Numbered from the stretch's first letter, positions 47,153 through 57,389 are shown. The stretch is 64,000 nt of DNA from Escherichia coli (GCF_024502345.1 NZ_JALDNN010000001.1), one strand, 5' to 3'. Notes: generated by a model from the letters alone, not told the origin. Translations and numbers: made by a program.

Positions 47153-48757
47153 ATGAAAGTCGACAAACTGCATATTCGCTCACGCTTTAAAAATCTTGAA
47201 AACGTGAAAGTGGACTTTGACGAAAACCACCTGATGACCGTTATCGTAGGCCGTAATGGTTCCGGTAAGTCCAATGTTCTAGAAGCCTTGGTTGCTATAT
47301 TTCGCAATCTTGATTTAGGTGAAGCACCAACATTTTCTTATGAGTTGGACTATCAACTAGGTGAGGAAGCCGGGGTTAAGTGGTATGACGTCAAGGTTGA
47401 TGCAGATCCAGACCGCGGAACGCTAGCAAAGCAATACCAAGTTTATGTCAAAGATAAACACGATAGCAAAGCGGATTTCAAGCTTACACCCTTCTCCAAA
47501 GTGAAACGCGATAAGAAAACCAAACAAGCAGAGTTTCTTCCTAACTTTCTATTCGCCTATTATTCCGGACCATCGGATAGATTAGAAAAATACTTTCGAA
47601 AGCATCGTGATGATTATTATCGAAACCTACTCTACAACAAGCTTGACTTGAAAGCAGATATTCGTTCTCTATTTTATGCCAAACCCTATCACAGTCAGTT
47701 TGTGCTCTTGGCATTTTTCCTGTCAGATGAAAATAGTCCTCAGCGCAAGTTTATTAAGGAGCATTTGGGTATTGAGGGATTGGACAGTATTCATTTTGTG
47801 ATGCGCCAACCTGAGTGGGCTAAGCTGAAGGGGGAATTATTCTGGGGAGCACAAGGTGTAGTTCGTCGCTTTTTGGATGAATTGATACAGCACACATTGT
47901 CACCGATAAAAGTAACTCGTCAAGAAGATACGTCGTTAACGGGTAGTTATATTCGAAATGAGTTCTTTCATCTATTTTTACCTGACGTAAACGCACTACA
48001 TGAATTTGCTAGAGATCTCAGTGCTGACGAACTGTTTAAAATGCTTGAAAGCACTCTGCTGTCAGAAATTATCTCTGAGGTTAGCATACGGGTGAAAGTA
48101 ACCAGCAGCAGGGAGCCTCTCACTTTCCGTGAACTTAGCGAAGGTGAACAACAGCTATTAACCGTATTGGGCTTACTCTGGTTCACCGGTGGTAAAGATT
48201 CCTTATTTTTACTCGACGAACCTGATACCCACCTTAATCCGTCATGGGCCGTTAAATACCTTAAATTCCTGCGTGAATTCGTACCCAATCATGAAACCAG
48301 CCATTTACTAATGGTCACACACCATCCTTTAGCTATTGCCGAGCTGAAGAAACAACAAGTACAAGTCATGTGGCGTGACGATGAAAATAATGTTCACTCA
48401 CAAGAGCCTTATATAGATCCTCGTGGCGCTGGCTTTATGGCCACACTTACTGAGATTTTTGGTCTAAATACAACACTGGATCTGGAAACCCAAAAGTTAT
48501 TGGACGATAGGAACGAACTAGCCCATATCGAAAATCGAACAGAAGATCAGAACAACCAGCTTGACCTTCTTAATGATGAGTTAAACAGACTAGGATTTTC
48601 ACTTGAAAACAGGGACCCGTTATACAGCGAGTTTCTTTTAGCATGGCAAGACCTAAGATACAGCGATAAACCACCACTAACACCGGATAAAGCGGCTCAG
48701 AGACGAGCTGCTATGAAAAATGTAATTGAGGCGCTTAAAGCTAAGAAGGGTTGCTAA
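47153..48757 (+). CDS. ABC-type (AAA_15/21-like) ATPase, Septu PtuA-like
   Basis: 534-aa ORF; Walker A VGRNGSGKSNVLEAL, signature LSEGEQQLL, Walker B LFLLDEPDTHLNP, H-loop VTHHP; starts 10 bp after hsdS. Confidence 0.7.
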   Translation: MKVDKLHIRSRFKNLENVKVDFDENHLMTVIVGRNGSGKSNVLEALVAIFRNLDLGEAPTFSYELDYQLGEEAGVKWYDVKVDADPDRGTLAKQYQVYVKDKHDSKADFKLTPFSKVKRDKKTKQAEFLPNFLFAYYSGPSDRLEKYFRKHRDDYYRNLLYNKLDLKADIRSLFYAKPYHSQFVLLAFFLSDENSPQRKFIKEHLGIEGLDSIHFVMRQPEWAKLKGELFWGAQGVVRRFLDELIQHTLSPIKVTRQEDTSLTGSYIRNEFFHLFLPDVNALHEFARDLSADELFKMLESTLLSEIISEVSIRVKVTSSREPLTFRELSEGEQQLLTVLGLLWFTGGKDSLFLLDEPDTHLNPSWAVKYLKFLREFVPNHETSHLLMVTHHPLAIAELKKQQVQVMWRDDENNVHSQEPYIDPRGAGFMATLTEIFGLNTTLDLETQKLLDDRNELAHIENRTEDQNNQLDLLNDELNRLGFSLENRDPLYSEFLLAWQDLRYSDKPPLTPDKAAQRRAAMKNVIEALKAKKGC

Positions 48758-49599
48758 TGATTTACATCAAACGAGACGCCACGCTAATTCCTGCAAAGGT
48801 ACTTGCCGTTGCCCAACGCGCGCAAGATGCTCTGGAACAGCTTCCCGCTGAGCAGAGGAAAGGTTTCATCAAGAAAAAGTCTCATATATGGAGAGGCTTT
48901 TCTAAATACCTAGCCCAAATGTCTTATGGGAAGTGCTGGTATTCAGAAGCTAAAGATGCAGGTGCAAATTTCGATGTAGATCATTTCCGACCTAAGGCTG
49001 AAGCAAAGAGGACAGAAGATTTGGTCGATGCGGATGGTTATGCGTGGCTCGCATTTGATTGGGAAAACTTCAGGCTTTCTGCTCAGAATTGTAACCGTTT
49101 AAACACAGATGAATCAGGTAACACGGTAGGAAAAGGCAGTTGGTTCCCGCTGCTAGATGGTAGCCCTAAAGCCTGCTGGGATAATCGCTGTATTAACGAT
49201 GAAAAAGTCACTTTGCTAGACCCTGTAGTTAAAGCTGACCTCACCTATATAGACTACGACGACAGCGGTAGATTTACTTCAAGTAAGCTCTGCGTTGGTA
49301 AGGCAGCATTAAGGGTTAGGCAATCTGGCATTATTTATGGCCTCAATTTGGAGAAAATGCGTGAAGCACGATTTCAGGTTATGAGGGAGGCTAAAGAACT
49401 CCTTGAAACTATTCACCAATGTGCCGAAGACTTAGACCCTCTGGGCAATGAAGCCCCCATGAGAACTATTGAACGACAAATAGAACAACTCCAATCCAGA
49501 ACCCGGGCCGATGCACCATTTAGCCGTGCAGTAAGAACACAACTGATAAAACTCGGTGCAGAGGATTACTTAATTGATCGAAGTTTGGATGCAGCCTAG
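48757..49599 (+). CDS. HNH-motif nuclease-like protein, Septu PtuB-like
   Basis: ATG 48757 overlaps stop of upstream ATPase (TAATG); motif KCWYSEAKDAGANFDVDHFRPKA ... FRLSAQNCNRLN consistent with an HNH endonuclease fold. Confidence 0.6.
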   Translation: MIYIKRDATLIPAKVLAVAQRAQDALEQLPAEQRKGFIKKKSHIWRGFSKYLAQMSYGKCWYSEAKDAGANFDVDHFRPKAEAKRTEDLVDADGYAWLAFDWENFRLSAQNCNRLNTDESGNTVGKGSWFPLLDGSPKACWDNRCINDEKVTLLDPVVKADLTYIDYDDSGRFTSSKLCVGKAALRVRQSGIIYGLNLEKMREARFQVMREAKELLETIHQCAEDLDPLGNEAPMRTIERQIEQLQSRTRADAPFSRAVRTQLIKLGAEDYLIDRSLDAA

Positions 49600-49770
49600 T
49601 TGTTTATCTTTCTGATAATGGGGTTGTCCGTTAGCCAACCTGATATATTGCTTAAAGGGCTTGCCCGATGAGTGAGCCTTTGACGGGGCTTGATATGAAT
49701 TTGCGTAGAAGTTTTGGTATACTGTTTAAACGATGTCTTTCAGCCCAGATTCAACTTCTTAGGAGTGATT

Positions 49771-49941
49771 ATGAGCACCCACAAAAAAACTCAGGCAAGC
49801 TACGCTAAGCCATCTCGTGCTGACATTGTTCGCTCAGTAGCAACATCTACGGCTGTTGAAACAGGGCAGTCCTCCGCGAAGATCGAAGCTTCACTTGAAG
49901 CCACGCGCAAAAAATTTGCTCATTTGCGTCTTGCGGTTTAA
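49771..49941 (+). CDS. Small hypothetical protein (56 aa)
   Basis: ATG 49771 preceded by aggagtg RBS; convergent with and overlapping the 3' end of fic by 4 bp. Confidence 0.3.
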   Translation: MSTHKKTQASYAKPSRADIVRSVATSTAVETGQSSAKIEASLEATRKKFAHLRLAV

Positions 49942-50555
49942 TCCCTTCTTAATGCTTCTCGCACCCAGTGTTTCATCGGCTCATAGTCCATTGATATGCC
50001 AGCATGGATGGCCGATATATACTGAGTTTTGTTTTGCTCCCAGCTTTGATAATCCAGCGGTTTGTATCCTCCCTGAACGGCCATCACGTCGGCTAGCAGT
50101 CGCGACAGGCGTCCGTTTCCCTCTCTGAATGGATGGATAAGTATTATCTCTACATGGGTTATGGCGATAGCGGTGATGAGTTGTTCTTCGTCCATGCCGC
50201 TACACGGTGTGTATTGAGCCAGATACTTAGTGTCGAATTCGTTCAGCAGTTTTGGCACCTGCGCTGAGGGGGCAAACATAAAGCCGCCTTTGCTAATATT
50301 CACCGCTCTTTCTTGTCCAGCCCACTCGTAGATGTTACCTAACCAGCGGCGATGCCAGCTTTTTAGCATGGCTACGCTGAGCTGTCCTTCCGGGAACTGC
50401 TCTTCAAAAACAGACTGGTAGAGTTGTTCTAACAGGACAAGTTCAGCCTCATCCATCTCATCAGAAGTCGCAATCCCCAGCTTATTAGCCAAAACCTGCT
50501 CGCCAGAGTCTTTCTCATACTGGCCTTCACTGCTGGATACATGGTATCGGCTCAT
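49938..50555 (-). CDS. Fic/Doc-family protein (probable AMPylase/toxin)
   Basis: 205-aa ORF with canonical Fic motif HPFREGNGRLSR. Confidence 0.85.
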   Translation of the reverse strand: MSRYHVSSSEGQYEKDSGEQVLANKLGIATSDEMDEAELVLLEQLYQSVFEEQFPEGQLSVAMLKSWHRRWLGNIYEWAGQERAVNISKGGFMFAPSAQVPKLLNEFDTKYLAQYTPCSGMDEEQLITAIAITHVEIILIHPFREGNGRLSRLLADVMAVQGGYKPLDYQSWEQNKTQYISAIHAGISMDYEPMKHWVREALRRD

Positions 50556-51053
50556 GGAGATGCCCTGTGTTATTAGAAGGAGGGGAAAACAGAGAGAGTA
50601 TAACGCTGGATGAGTACAGCAAACAATATTCTTAAAATCAGATAGTTACAAAAGTGTAGGTTAAAATGTATTTTTTATTCTCTGGTGGAAAATAATCTTT
50701 AATAATCAGCATTAACACACCAATGCATCATGGGCGTATGGGCGTCGAAATTTTCTATTGCACTCATGGGGTTATGTCCGGTTCCCTGATATTAAATGGG
50801 GTGTGATGGTTTTTATTTTCGTTGTAATCACATAAGGCGCACATGATACCGGAGTTAATCATTTCAGGGGAAGAAGCGAACGGCGAGTTCTTGATGTTGG
50901 TTCCGGGAAAGATGCTGTTTTGCAGCTTTTGCGTGATGCTTATGAAGCAAGTACGCAAAATTGCGTCGGTTGAATAAACCTCCTCCTTCAGAGCCATAGT
51001 CCCCTTTCAAATTAAGTTGTAGTATAAATACACCTTAAGAGTATGGAGGCAGT

Positions 51054-51407
51054 ATGTCCGGCAAGCGTATCTCTCGTGAAAAACTGACGATTAAAAAAAT
51101 GATCGATCTTTATCAAGCGAAATGCCCGCAGGCGTCAGCGGAGCCGGAGCATTACGAGGCGTTGTTTGTTTACGCGCAAAAGCGGCTGGATAAATGTGTG
51201 TTCGGCGAAGAGAAACCAGCCTGTAAGCAGTGTCCGGTGCACTGTTACCAGCCTGCAAAGCGTGAAGAGATGAAACAGATTATGCGTTGGGCCGGGCCGA
51301 GAATGCTGTGGCGTCATCCGATCTTAACCGTGCGTCATCTCATCGATGACAAGCGTCCGGTGCCAGAACTGCCGGAAAAATATCGTCCGAAAAAACCTCG
51401 TGAATAG
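51054..51407 (+). CDS. ygbA: Uncharacterized protein YgbA
   Basis: 117-aa ORF MSGKRISREKLTIKKMIDLYQAKCPQ... with CxxC pairs; conserved position next to fhlA. Confidence 0.88.
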   Translation: MSGKRISREKLTIKKMIDLYQAKCPQASAEPEHYEALFVYAQKRLDKCVFGEEKPACKQCPVHCYQPAKREEMKQIMRWAGPRMLWRHPILTVRHLIDDKRPVPELPEKYRPKKPRE

Positions 51408-51443
51408 TATGCCGGACAGTCAGATCTGTCCGGCAATTTGCAG

Positions 51444-53522
51444 TTAAATCAATGCCGATTTATCAATTCCCAGTCGCTTCATCCGTGACAGCAGGGTCGT
51501 GCGTTTCAGCCCCAGACGTTGCGCAGCGCCTTTAGGCCCGGCAACCACGCCGTTAGTTTCTTTCAGCACGCGAACAATCAACTGATATTCATCTTCGCCC
51601 TCCTGAGCGACAACCGTTGCGGCAGGCGGCGTTTCAGGCTCCGGTAAAGCAATATCTGGCAATGACAACTGCAGCACGTTGCCGCGTGTTAGCAATACCG
51701 CGCGCTCAATGACGTTTTCCAGTTCGCGTACGTTACCCGGCCACTCCATATTGCTCAAGGTGCGCAACGTCTCGGCAGGAATGCTGTCGATATTGCGCCC
51801 CAGACGACGGGCAATTTTGAAGGTAAAGGCTTTCGCCAGCAGCGGAATATCTTCCGGACGCTCGCGTAGTGGCGGAAGGTGAATCGGGAATACGTTCAGG
51901 CGGTAATAGAGATCGCTACGGAACTCACGGTCGGCGACCATTTTTTTCAGATCGCGGTTAGTCGCGGCAATTAAACGTACGTCCGTCTGAATGATTTTGT
52001 TGCTGCCGAGACGTTCAAACTCCTGTTCCTGCAATACACGCAGCAACTTCGGCTGTAACTCCAGTGGCATATCGCCCACTTCGTCGAGGAACAGGGAGCT
52101 TTTATCCGCCAGTTCAAAACGACCAATGCGCTGGGCGCTGGCACCGGTAAAAGCCCCACGCTCATGACCAAACAGATCGCTTTCCAGTAATCCGGCAGGC
52201 ATCGCCGCGCAGTTCATTTTGACCATGCGGCGATTATTACGCCCACTGAGATTATGGATCGCGCGGGCAATCAGCTCTTTACCCGTGCCAGTTTCACCGA
52301 GGATCAGCACGGTACTGTCACTTTGCGCCACCATTTCAACTTGTTTAAGCACGCTGTACATGGCTTCGCTGCGGCCAATAATCTCGCCAAATTCACTATC
52401 AACATTGTTGAGCTGCTCGGTCAGGGCGAGGTTTTCATCAACCAGCCGTTCTTTCAGACGATGGATTTCCTGATAGGCGAGGGCGTTATCGACAGCGATT
52501 GCCACACGTTCGGCAATCTGGCGCAGTAAATTCAGATTGGTAGTGGTAAACACTTTCTCTTCGCATTGCGCCAGTTTCAGCACGCCCAGCATGGTGTCGC
52601 CAGACATCAGCGGTAACAGGCACAAGGTTTGAATCTGGTTGCCCCAGGTGTCGAACAACATGCGTTCATAGGGGGCTAAATCGTCCCGCTCGTGGAGATT
52701 GATCAGCAGCATCTCTTTACTTTTGAACACGCGTTCGGTGAGGGTTCCGGCTTCATCGACTTCGCTCTGTTCGTGGGCGGGATGTTGTTTATCAAGATAG
52801 TGAGTGGAGTAGATGTTGAGTTTGTTTTTACGGTGGCTGCGTAAGACAATGCTGATATCGTCAATGTCGAAATAGTAATGGATTTCTTTGGCGACTTCGC
52901 TGACCAGTTCGTCCATATCCAGGCGGGAAAGCACCGCGTTGGTGATGGCGACCAGGATGCGGAAGTTATCGCGTTCCCGGCATAACAACTCATAGTCGAC
53001 ATTGTTAACGACGCGACTCTGGATTTGTTCGGTGATGACAGAAACGATCTGCGTAAATGTTTGCAGACGATTGAACTCTTTTTCGCTCCAGGGGCGATCG
53101 TCATAACGAATAAATTCACAGCCACCAAAAATATGCCCTTCCGCCGCCAGTGGCATCAGGCAATAGTGACCAAATTTTGGGTATAGCCCACCTGCGGCCA
53201 GCTGCGGCCAGGTTTCACAAAATTCTTCGTAACTGCAATGCAGCGTATCAGGGCGCGACAAAATGCTGCGTACCGGACCGTGTGCCAGAACAGTTTCGTC
53301 TTCATATTTAATGGGGGTGTCTTTTTCACGCGATGCGTAATAAGACGCACGTTGAGTCTGCGCTTGCCACAACACAATAGCCGCGTTGTCGGCGAGCGCA
53401 GAACGCTTTACCAGTTGCGAAAGAGCCTCACACAGCGAGGCCAGATCGGGCTGCTGCAATAGTGTCCGAGTGATGTCGAACAACCCTTGCTGTCCGAGAT
53501 CACTCATCGGTGTATATGACAT
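51444..53522 (-). CDS. fhlA: Formate hydrogenlyase transcriptional activator (sigma-54 enhancer-binding protein)
   Basis: start set at MSYTPMSDLGQQGLF (53522); GAF domains plus AAA+ sigma-54 interaction domain (GETGTGKE, GAFTGA) and C-terminal HTH. Confidence 0.95.
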   Translation of the reverse strand: MSYTPMSDLGQQGLFDITRTLLQQPDLASLCEALSQLVKRSALADNAAIVLWQAQTQRASYYASREKDTPIKYEDETVLAHGPVRSILSRPDTLHCSYEEFCETWPQLAAGGLYPKFGHYCLMPLAAEGHIFGGCEFIRYDDRPWSEKEFNRLQTFTQIVSVITEQIQSRVVNNVDYELLCRERDNFRILVAITNAVLSRLDMDELVSEVAKEIHYYFDIDDISIVLRSHRKNKLNIYSTHYLDKQHPAHEQSEVDEAGTLTERVFKSKEMLLINLHERDDLAPYERMLFDTWGNQIQTLCLLPLMSGDTMLGVLKLAQCEEKVFTTTNLNLLRQIAERVAIAVDNALAYQEIHRLKERLVDENLALTEQLNNVDSEFGEIIGRSEAMYSVLKQVEMVAQSDSTVLILGETGTGKELIARAIHNLSGRNNRRMVKMNCAAMPAGLLESDLFGHERGAFTGASAQRIGRFELADKSSLFLDEVGDMPLELQPKLLRVLQEQEFERLGSNKIIQTDVRLIAATNRDLKKMVADREFRSDLYYRLNVFPIHLPPLRERPEDIPLLAKAFTFKIARRLGRNIDSIPAETLRTLSNMEWPGNVRELENVIERAVLLTRGNVLQLSLPDIALPEPETPPAATVVAQEGEDEYQLIVRVLKETNGVVAGPKGAAQRLGLKRTTLLSRMKRLGIDKSALI

Positions 53523-53595
53523 TTTGTTCTTCCAGGAAAGCACCGCAAAGCGGTGCAAAAGGTCATTGACTAACTATAGGAGATTTAGAATTTTA

Positions 53596-54606
53596 TTAGC
53601 ATATACGCGGAAGCGGTTCGGCGTGTGGTAAATCGAGGGTTCGTTTCACGCCATACAGACCGGCAAGACGAACACCTTTACGTTCCACCACTTCACCAAT
53701 CAGCGCCGCGTCTTTCCCCAGTGGATGGGAATGTAACGCTGCCAGCACTTGCTCTGCCGCGTTGCGTTCAACGGCGATCACCAGTTTGCCTTCGTTGGCA
53801 AAGTTCAGGGCGTCCAGTCCCAGCAGTTCGCAAACGCCGCGCACGGCTGGTTTAACCGGCAGTGCCGCTTCTGAAATTTCAATACCACAACCGCAGGCTG
53901 CCGCGAACTCATGTACCACCGCGTTTACACCACCACGGGTGGCATCACGCAGCGCTTTCACGCCGGGAATGTCACGCAGCGTCTGAATAAGCGGCGTTAG
54001 TACCGCGCAGTCGCTGACCAGTTCGCCATCCAGCCCCAGCTGCTCACGCAAGTTAAGGATAGTCGCCCCGTGGTCGCCGAGTGTACCGCTAACCAGTAAT
54101 ACATCGCCTGCGGTTAGCGTCTGTGCGCCCCAGTGAATATTCGCCGGAATTGCGCCCATGCCAGCGGTGTTGATAAACAGTTTATCTGCCGCGCCGCGCT
54201 GCACCACTTTAGTATCGCCAGTGACGATGGCAATGCCTGCCGCGCGCGCGGTTTCTGCCATGCTGGTCACTACGGCTTTCAGTGTCTCCATCGGCAATCC
54301 TTCTTCGAGGATAAAGCCACAGGAGAGATAGCGCGGAATGGCACCACTGACCGCAACGTCATTGGCTGTGCCGCAAATCGCCAGCTTGCCGATATTACCG
54401 CCAGGAAAGAACAGCGGGTCAATGACGTAACTGTCGGTGGAGAACGCCAGACGGTCGCCTTCCGCTACCAGCTGCGCCAGATCAAGACGAGCCTGATCTT
54501 CCTGCTCTGCCAGCCACGGGTTGGCAAAGGCTTCCATAAACAGACTGTTGATTAATTGCTGCATCGCCTGGCCGCCGCTGCCGTGGGCGAGTTGGATATT
54601 ATTCAC
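53596..54606 (-). CDS. hypE: Hydrogenase maturation factor HypE
   Basis: 336-aa ORF, AIR-synthase-like fold, C-terminal PRIC. Confidence 0.95.
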   Translation of the reverse strand: MNNIQLAHGSGGQAMQQLINSLFMEAFANPWLAEQEDQARLDLAQLVAEGDRLAFSTDSYVIDPLFFPGGNIGKLAICGTANDVAVSGAIPRYLSCGFILEEGLPMETLKAVVTSMAETARAAGIAIVTGDTKVVQRGAADKLFINTAGMGAIPANIHWGAQTLTAGDVLLVSGTLGDHGATILNLREQLGLDGELVSDCAVLTPLIQTLRDIPGVKALRDATRGGVNAVVHEFAAACGCGIEISEAALPVKPAVRGVCELLGLDALNFANEGKLVIAVERNAAEQVLAALHSHPLGKDAALIGEVVERKGVRLAGLYGVKRTLDLPHAEPLPRIC

Positions 54607-55724
54607 GCTTCACTCTCCTGCTGACGATACTGATACCACGCGGCGCACGCTCCTTCGGAGGAAACCATCAGCGCACCAAACGCGGTTTGAGGATTACAGG
54701 TGTTACCAAACAGCGGGCATTGATGCGGCTTACATTTGCCCGTTAATACTTCACCACAACGCGCACGCGGGTCATCGCAGACCTGCTGCGGTGCCGGGCG
54801 GAAATGTGCTTCGGCATCGAATCGTTGATAATCCGGCGTCAGGTGCACGCCAGAAGATTCAATCACGCCTAAGCCGCGCCATTCGCTGTCGCCGTTGACA
54901 CAGAACACATCGGCAATCGCCTGTTGCGCCAGCAGGTTACCGGCATCCGGTACCACCCGACGATACTGATTCTCTACCTTGCTGTGGGCCGCTATTTTCT
55001 GCTCCACCAGCATGACCACGCCTTGCAGTAGATCAAGGGGTTCGAAACCAGCGACCACCAGCGGACGATGAAAATCGCTGGCGATAAAATTATAGGCATC
55101 AGTGCCGATAACCATACTAACGTGGCCCGGCGCGAGGAACGCGTCGATACCGTTATCCGGCTGTTCCAGCAAACTGCGAAGCGTCGGGATAAGCGTAATG
55201 TGCTGGCAGAAGAAGTAAAAATTCTGCACATCACGCGCTTTCGCCTGTTGCAGAGTGATGGCGGTGGTCGGCATGGTGGTTTCAAAACCTAAGCCGAAGA
55301 ACACCACTTTGCGGGTTGGATTCTCCTGCGCCAGTTTCAACGCATCCATCGGCGAGTAAACGATGCGCACATCGGCACCGCGTGCTTTTGCCTGCAACAG
55401 CGATCCCTGTTTCCCCGGCACGCGCATGGCGTCGCCAAAGGTACAGAAGATGACTTCCGGATGGCTGGCAATCTCCACGCAGGTGTCGATTCTGCCCATC
55501 GGCAGTACGCACACCGGGCAACCCGGACCGTGGATAAACTCAACATTTTCAGGCAGTAACTGGTCGAGGCCGAATTTAAAAATGGCGTGGGTATGACCAC
55601 CGCACACTTCCATAATCCGCAGAGGGCGTTCGGCGGTGTAAGAGAGATGTGAAGCACGTTCGCGCAGATGCTCAATTAACTGCATCACCTGTTCCGGCGC
55701 GCGATATTCATCAACAAAACGCAT
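54603..55724 (-). CDS. hypD: Hydrogenase maturation factor HypD
   Basis: 373-aa ORF with Cys motifs (CGGHTH, GPGCPVC). Confidence 0.95.
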   Translation of the reverse strand: MRFVDEYRAPEQVMQLIEHLRERASHLSYTAERPLRIMEVCGGHTHAIFKFGLDQLLPENVEFIHGPGCPVCVLPMGRIDTCVEIASHPEVIFCTFGDAMRVPGKQGSLLQAKARGADVRIVYSPMDALKLAQENPTRKVVFFGLGFETTMPTTAITLQQAKARDVQNFYFFCQHITLIPTLRSLLEQPDNGIDAFLAPGHVSMVIGTDAYNFIASDFHRPLVVAGFEPLDLLQGVVMLVEQKIAAHSKVENQYRRVVPDAGNLLAQQAIADVFCVNGDSEWRGLGVIESSGVHLTPDYQRFDAEAHFRPAPQQVCDDPRARCGEVLTGKCKPHQCPLFGNTCNPQTAFGALMVSSEGACAAWYQYRQQESEA

Positions 55725-55996
55725 TATTTTTCCTCGCCATACAACAGCGCGCCGACATCCGGCTCAACGTCAAACATGTTTTGTAAGGCGTCGAGAGTGT
55801 CGCGTGCTTCGGCTTCATTAATTACGCTCATGGCAAAGCCAACGTGTACCAGTACCCACTGGCCCACGCGCGGCTGACCGTTTTCATCGCAGCTGCCGAC
55901 TAACGTTAAATCGACATCGCGCTGAATGCCGCAGACGTCGACTTTCGCCTGGTTGCCGTCAATGGTGCGGATCTGGCCGGGAACGCCTATGCACAT
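55724..55996 (-). CDS. hypC: Hydrogenase maturation factor HypC
   Basis: start set at [10 protein letters not shown] (90 aa). Confidence 0.93.
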   Translation of the reverse strand: MCIGVPGQIRTIDGNQAKVDVCGIQRDVDLTLVGSCDENGQPRVGQWVLVHVGFAMSVINEAEARDTLDALQNMFDVEPDVGALLYGEEK

Positions 55997-56859
55997 CGCT
56001 GTGTCTCCAGCCAGTTCAGCCACTGGTCCATCCCTTCACCGCTGGTGGCGGAAATAAGGATGATTTCAATTTCTGGATTGACTTCGCGGGCGCAGGCGAT
56101 GCACTTCTCAACGTCAAAGTTGAGATACGGCAACAGGTCAACTTTGTTGAGCAGCATCAGCGAGGCGGCGGCAAACATATGCGGATATTTCAGCGGTTTG
56201 TCTTCACCTTCGGTAACGGAAAGCACCGCCACTTTGTGTTTTTCACCGAGATCGAAGCTGGCCGGGCATACGAGGTTGCCAACGTTTTCGATAAACAGAA
56301 TACCGTTATCGTCCAGTGGCAGACGCGGTGCGGCGTCGGCAATCATCTGTGCGTCAAGATGGCAGCCTTTACCGGTGTTCACCTGAATCGCTGGTGTGCC
56401 GGTAGCGCGAATGCGTGCGGCATCGTTCACGGTTTGCTGATCGCCTTCAATAACCGCGCACGGAACGCTGTCTTTCAGGCGCATTAAGGTTTCCGTCAGC
56501 AGGGTGGTTTTACCGGAACCAGGGCTGGAAACCAGGTTGAGCACCAGTTGCTTGCGGGCAGCAAAGCGCGCGCGGTTGCGTTCAGCCAGACGGTTATTTT
56601 TGTCCAGCACGTCAATTTCGACTTCCAGCATCCGGCGCTGGCTCATGCCCGGCGCGTGAGTGCCCGCTTCGCCATGACCGTAATGCAGGTCGCCTTCTTC
56701 AGTCTGGCTGGGGGTAAATTCAGGCGTTTTAATGCCGGTGATTTTCATCTTCGGGCGTGCCGCCGGGGCAAATGGCGCGCTACGAAACGCGGAATGAGGG
56801 TTATGTTCATCACCCTCGATATACAGGTTGCCTTCACCGCAACCGCATGTTGTACACAT
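55987..56859 (-). CDS. hypB: Hydrogenase nickel incorporation GTPase HypB
   Basis: 290-aa ORF, N-terminal Cys/His metal-binding ([10 protein letters not shown]) and GTPase motif (GSGKTT). Confidence 0.95.
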   Translation of the reverse strand: MCTTCGCGEGNLYIEGDEHNPHSAFRSAPFAPAARPKMKITGIKTPEFTPSQTEEGDLHYGHGEAGTHAPGMSQRRMLEVEIDVLDKNNRLAERNRARFAARKQLVLNLVSSPGSGKTTLLTETLMRLKDSVPCAVIEGDQQTVNDAARIRATGTPAIQVNTGKGCHLDAQMIADAAPRLPLDDNGILFIENVGNLVCPASFDLGEKHKVAVLSVTEGEDKPLKYPHMFAAASLMLLNKVDLLPYLNFDVEKCIACAREVNPEIEIILISATSGEGMDQWLNWLETQRCA

Positions 56860-56862
56860 CGC

Positions 56863-57213
56863 TCACTCCTGGTCTATTTCTATCCGCCGAATCTGTAAAC
56901 CGTCGTCTGCCACAATCTGTAGCATGTCACCATGACACTGTGGACAGCGGCGGACTCGCTGGGTCAGTAGCGTCACATACTGTTGGCATGTTTCACACCA
57001 GCATTCGGCCTCTTGTTCTTCGAGGTGCAGTTTACAACCTTCCGCCACGCTGCCGCGGCAAACCAGATCAAAACAAAAGGCAAGAGAGCTGGTTTCGACA
57101 CAAGAAAATGCGCCAATTTTGAGCCAGACCCCAGTTACGCGTTTTGCGCCGTGTTTTGCGGCCTGCTGTTCGATCAATTCCAGTGCCCGTTGGCAGAGGG
57201 TTATTTCGTGCAT
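56863..57213 (-). CDS. hypA: Hydrogenase nickel incorporation protein HypA
   Basis: start set at MHEITLCQRALE; zinc CxxC...CxxC motifs. Confidence 0.93.
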   Translation of the reverse strand: MHEITLCQRALELIEQQAAKHGAKRVTGVWLKIGAFSCVETSSLAFCFDLVCRGSVAEGCKLHLEEQEAECWCETCQQYVTLLTQRVRRCPQCHGDMLQIVADDGLQIRRIEIDQE

Positions 57214-57244
57214 ATCGCCTCCCATTAACTATTGCCAGCTACAA

Positions 57245-57259
57245 GCAATAATTGTGCCA
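57245..57259 (-). promoter_or_regulatory. Candidate sigma-54 promoter for the hyp operon
   Basis: plus-strand gcaataattgtgcca = reverse complement of TGGCAC-N5-TTGC; hyp/hyc divergent region is FhlA/sigma-54 controlled in E. coli. Confidence 0.5.
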
Positions 57260-57372
57260 GTGTTGATTATCCCTACAGTGAATAATGTCGATGATGTCGA
57301 AATGACACGTCGACACGGCGACGAAATTCACCAAAATCTTAAAAATCGCTTTAATAACAATAAATTAAAAGT

Positions 57373-57389
57373 TGGCACAAAAAATGCTT
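57373..57389 (+). promoter_or_regulatory. Candidate sigma-54 promoter upstream of hycA
   Basis: ttggcacaaaaaatgctt with GG and GC elements 10 nt apart. Confidence 0.5.

Noticed and set aside
50764-50997. 77-aa minus-strand ORF between fic and ygbA
   Set aside because: Low-complexity translation, no RBS, lies in the native ygbA promoter region; likely non-coding.
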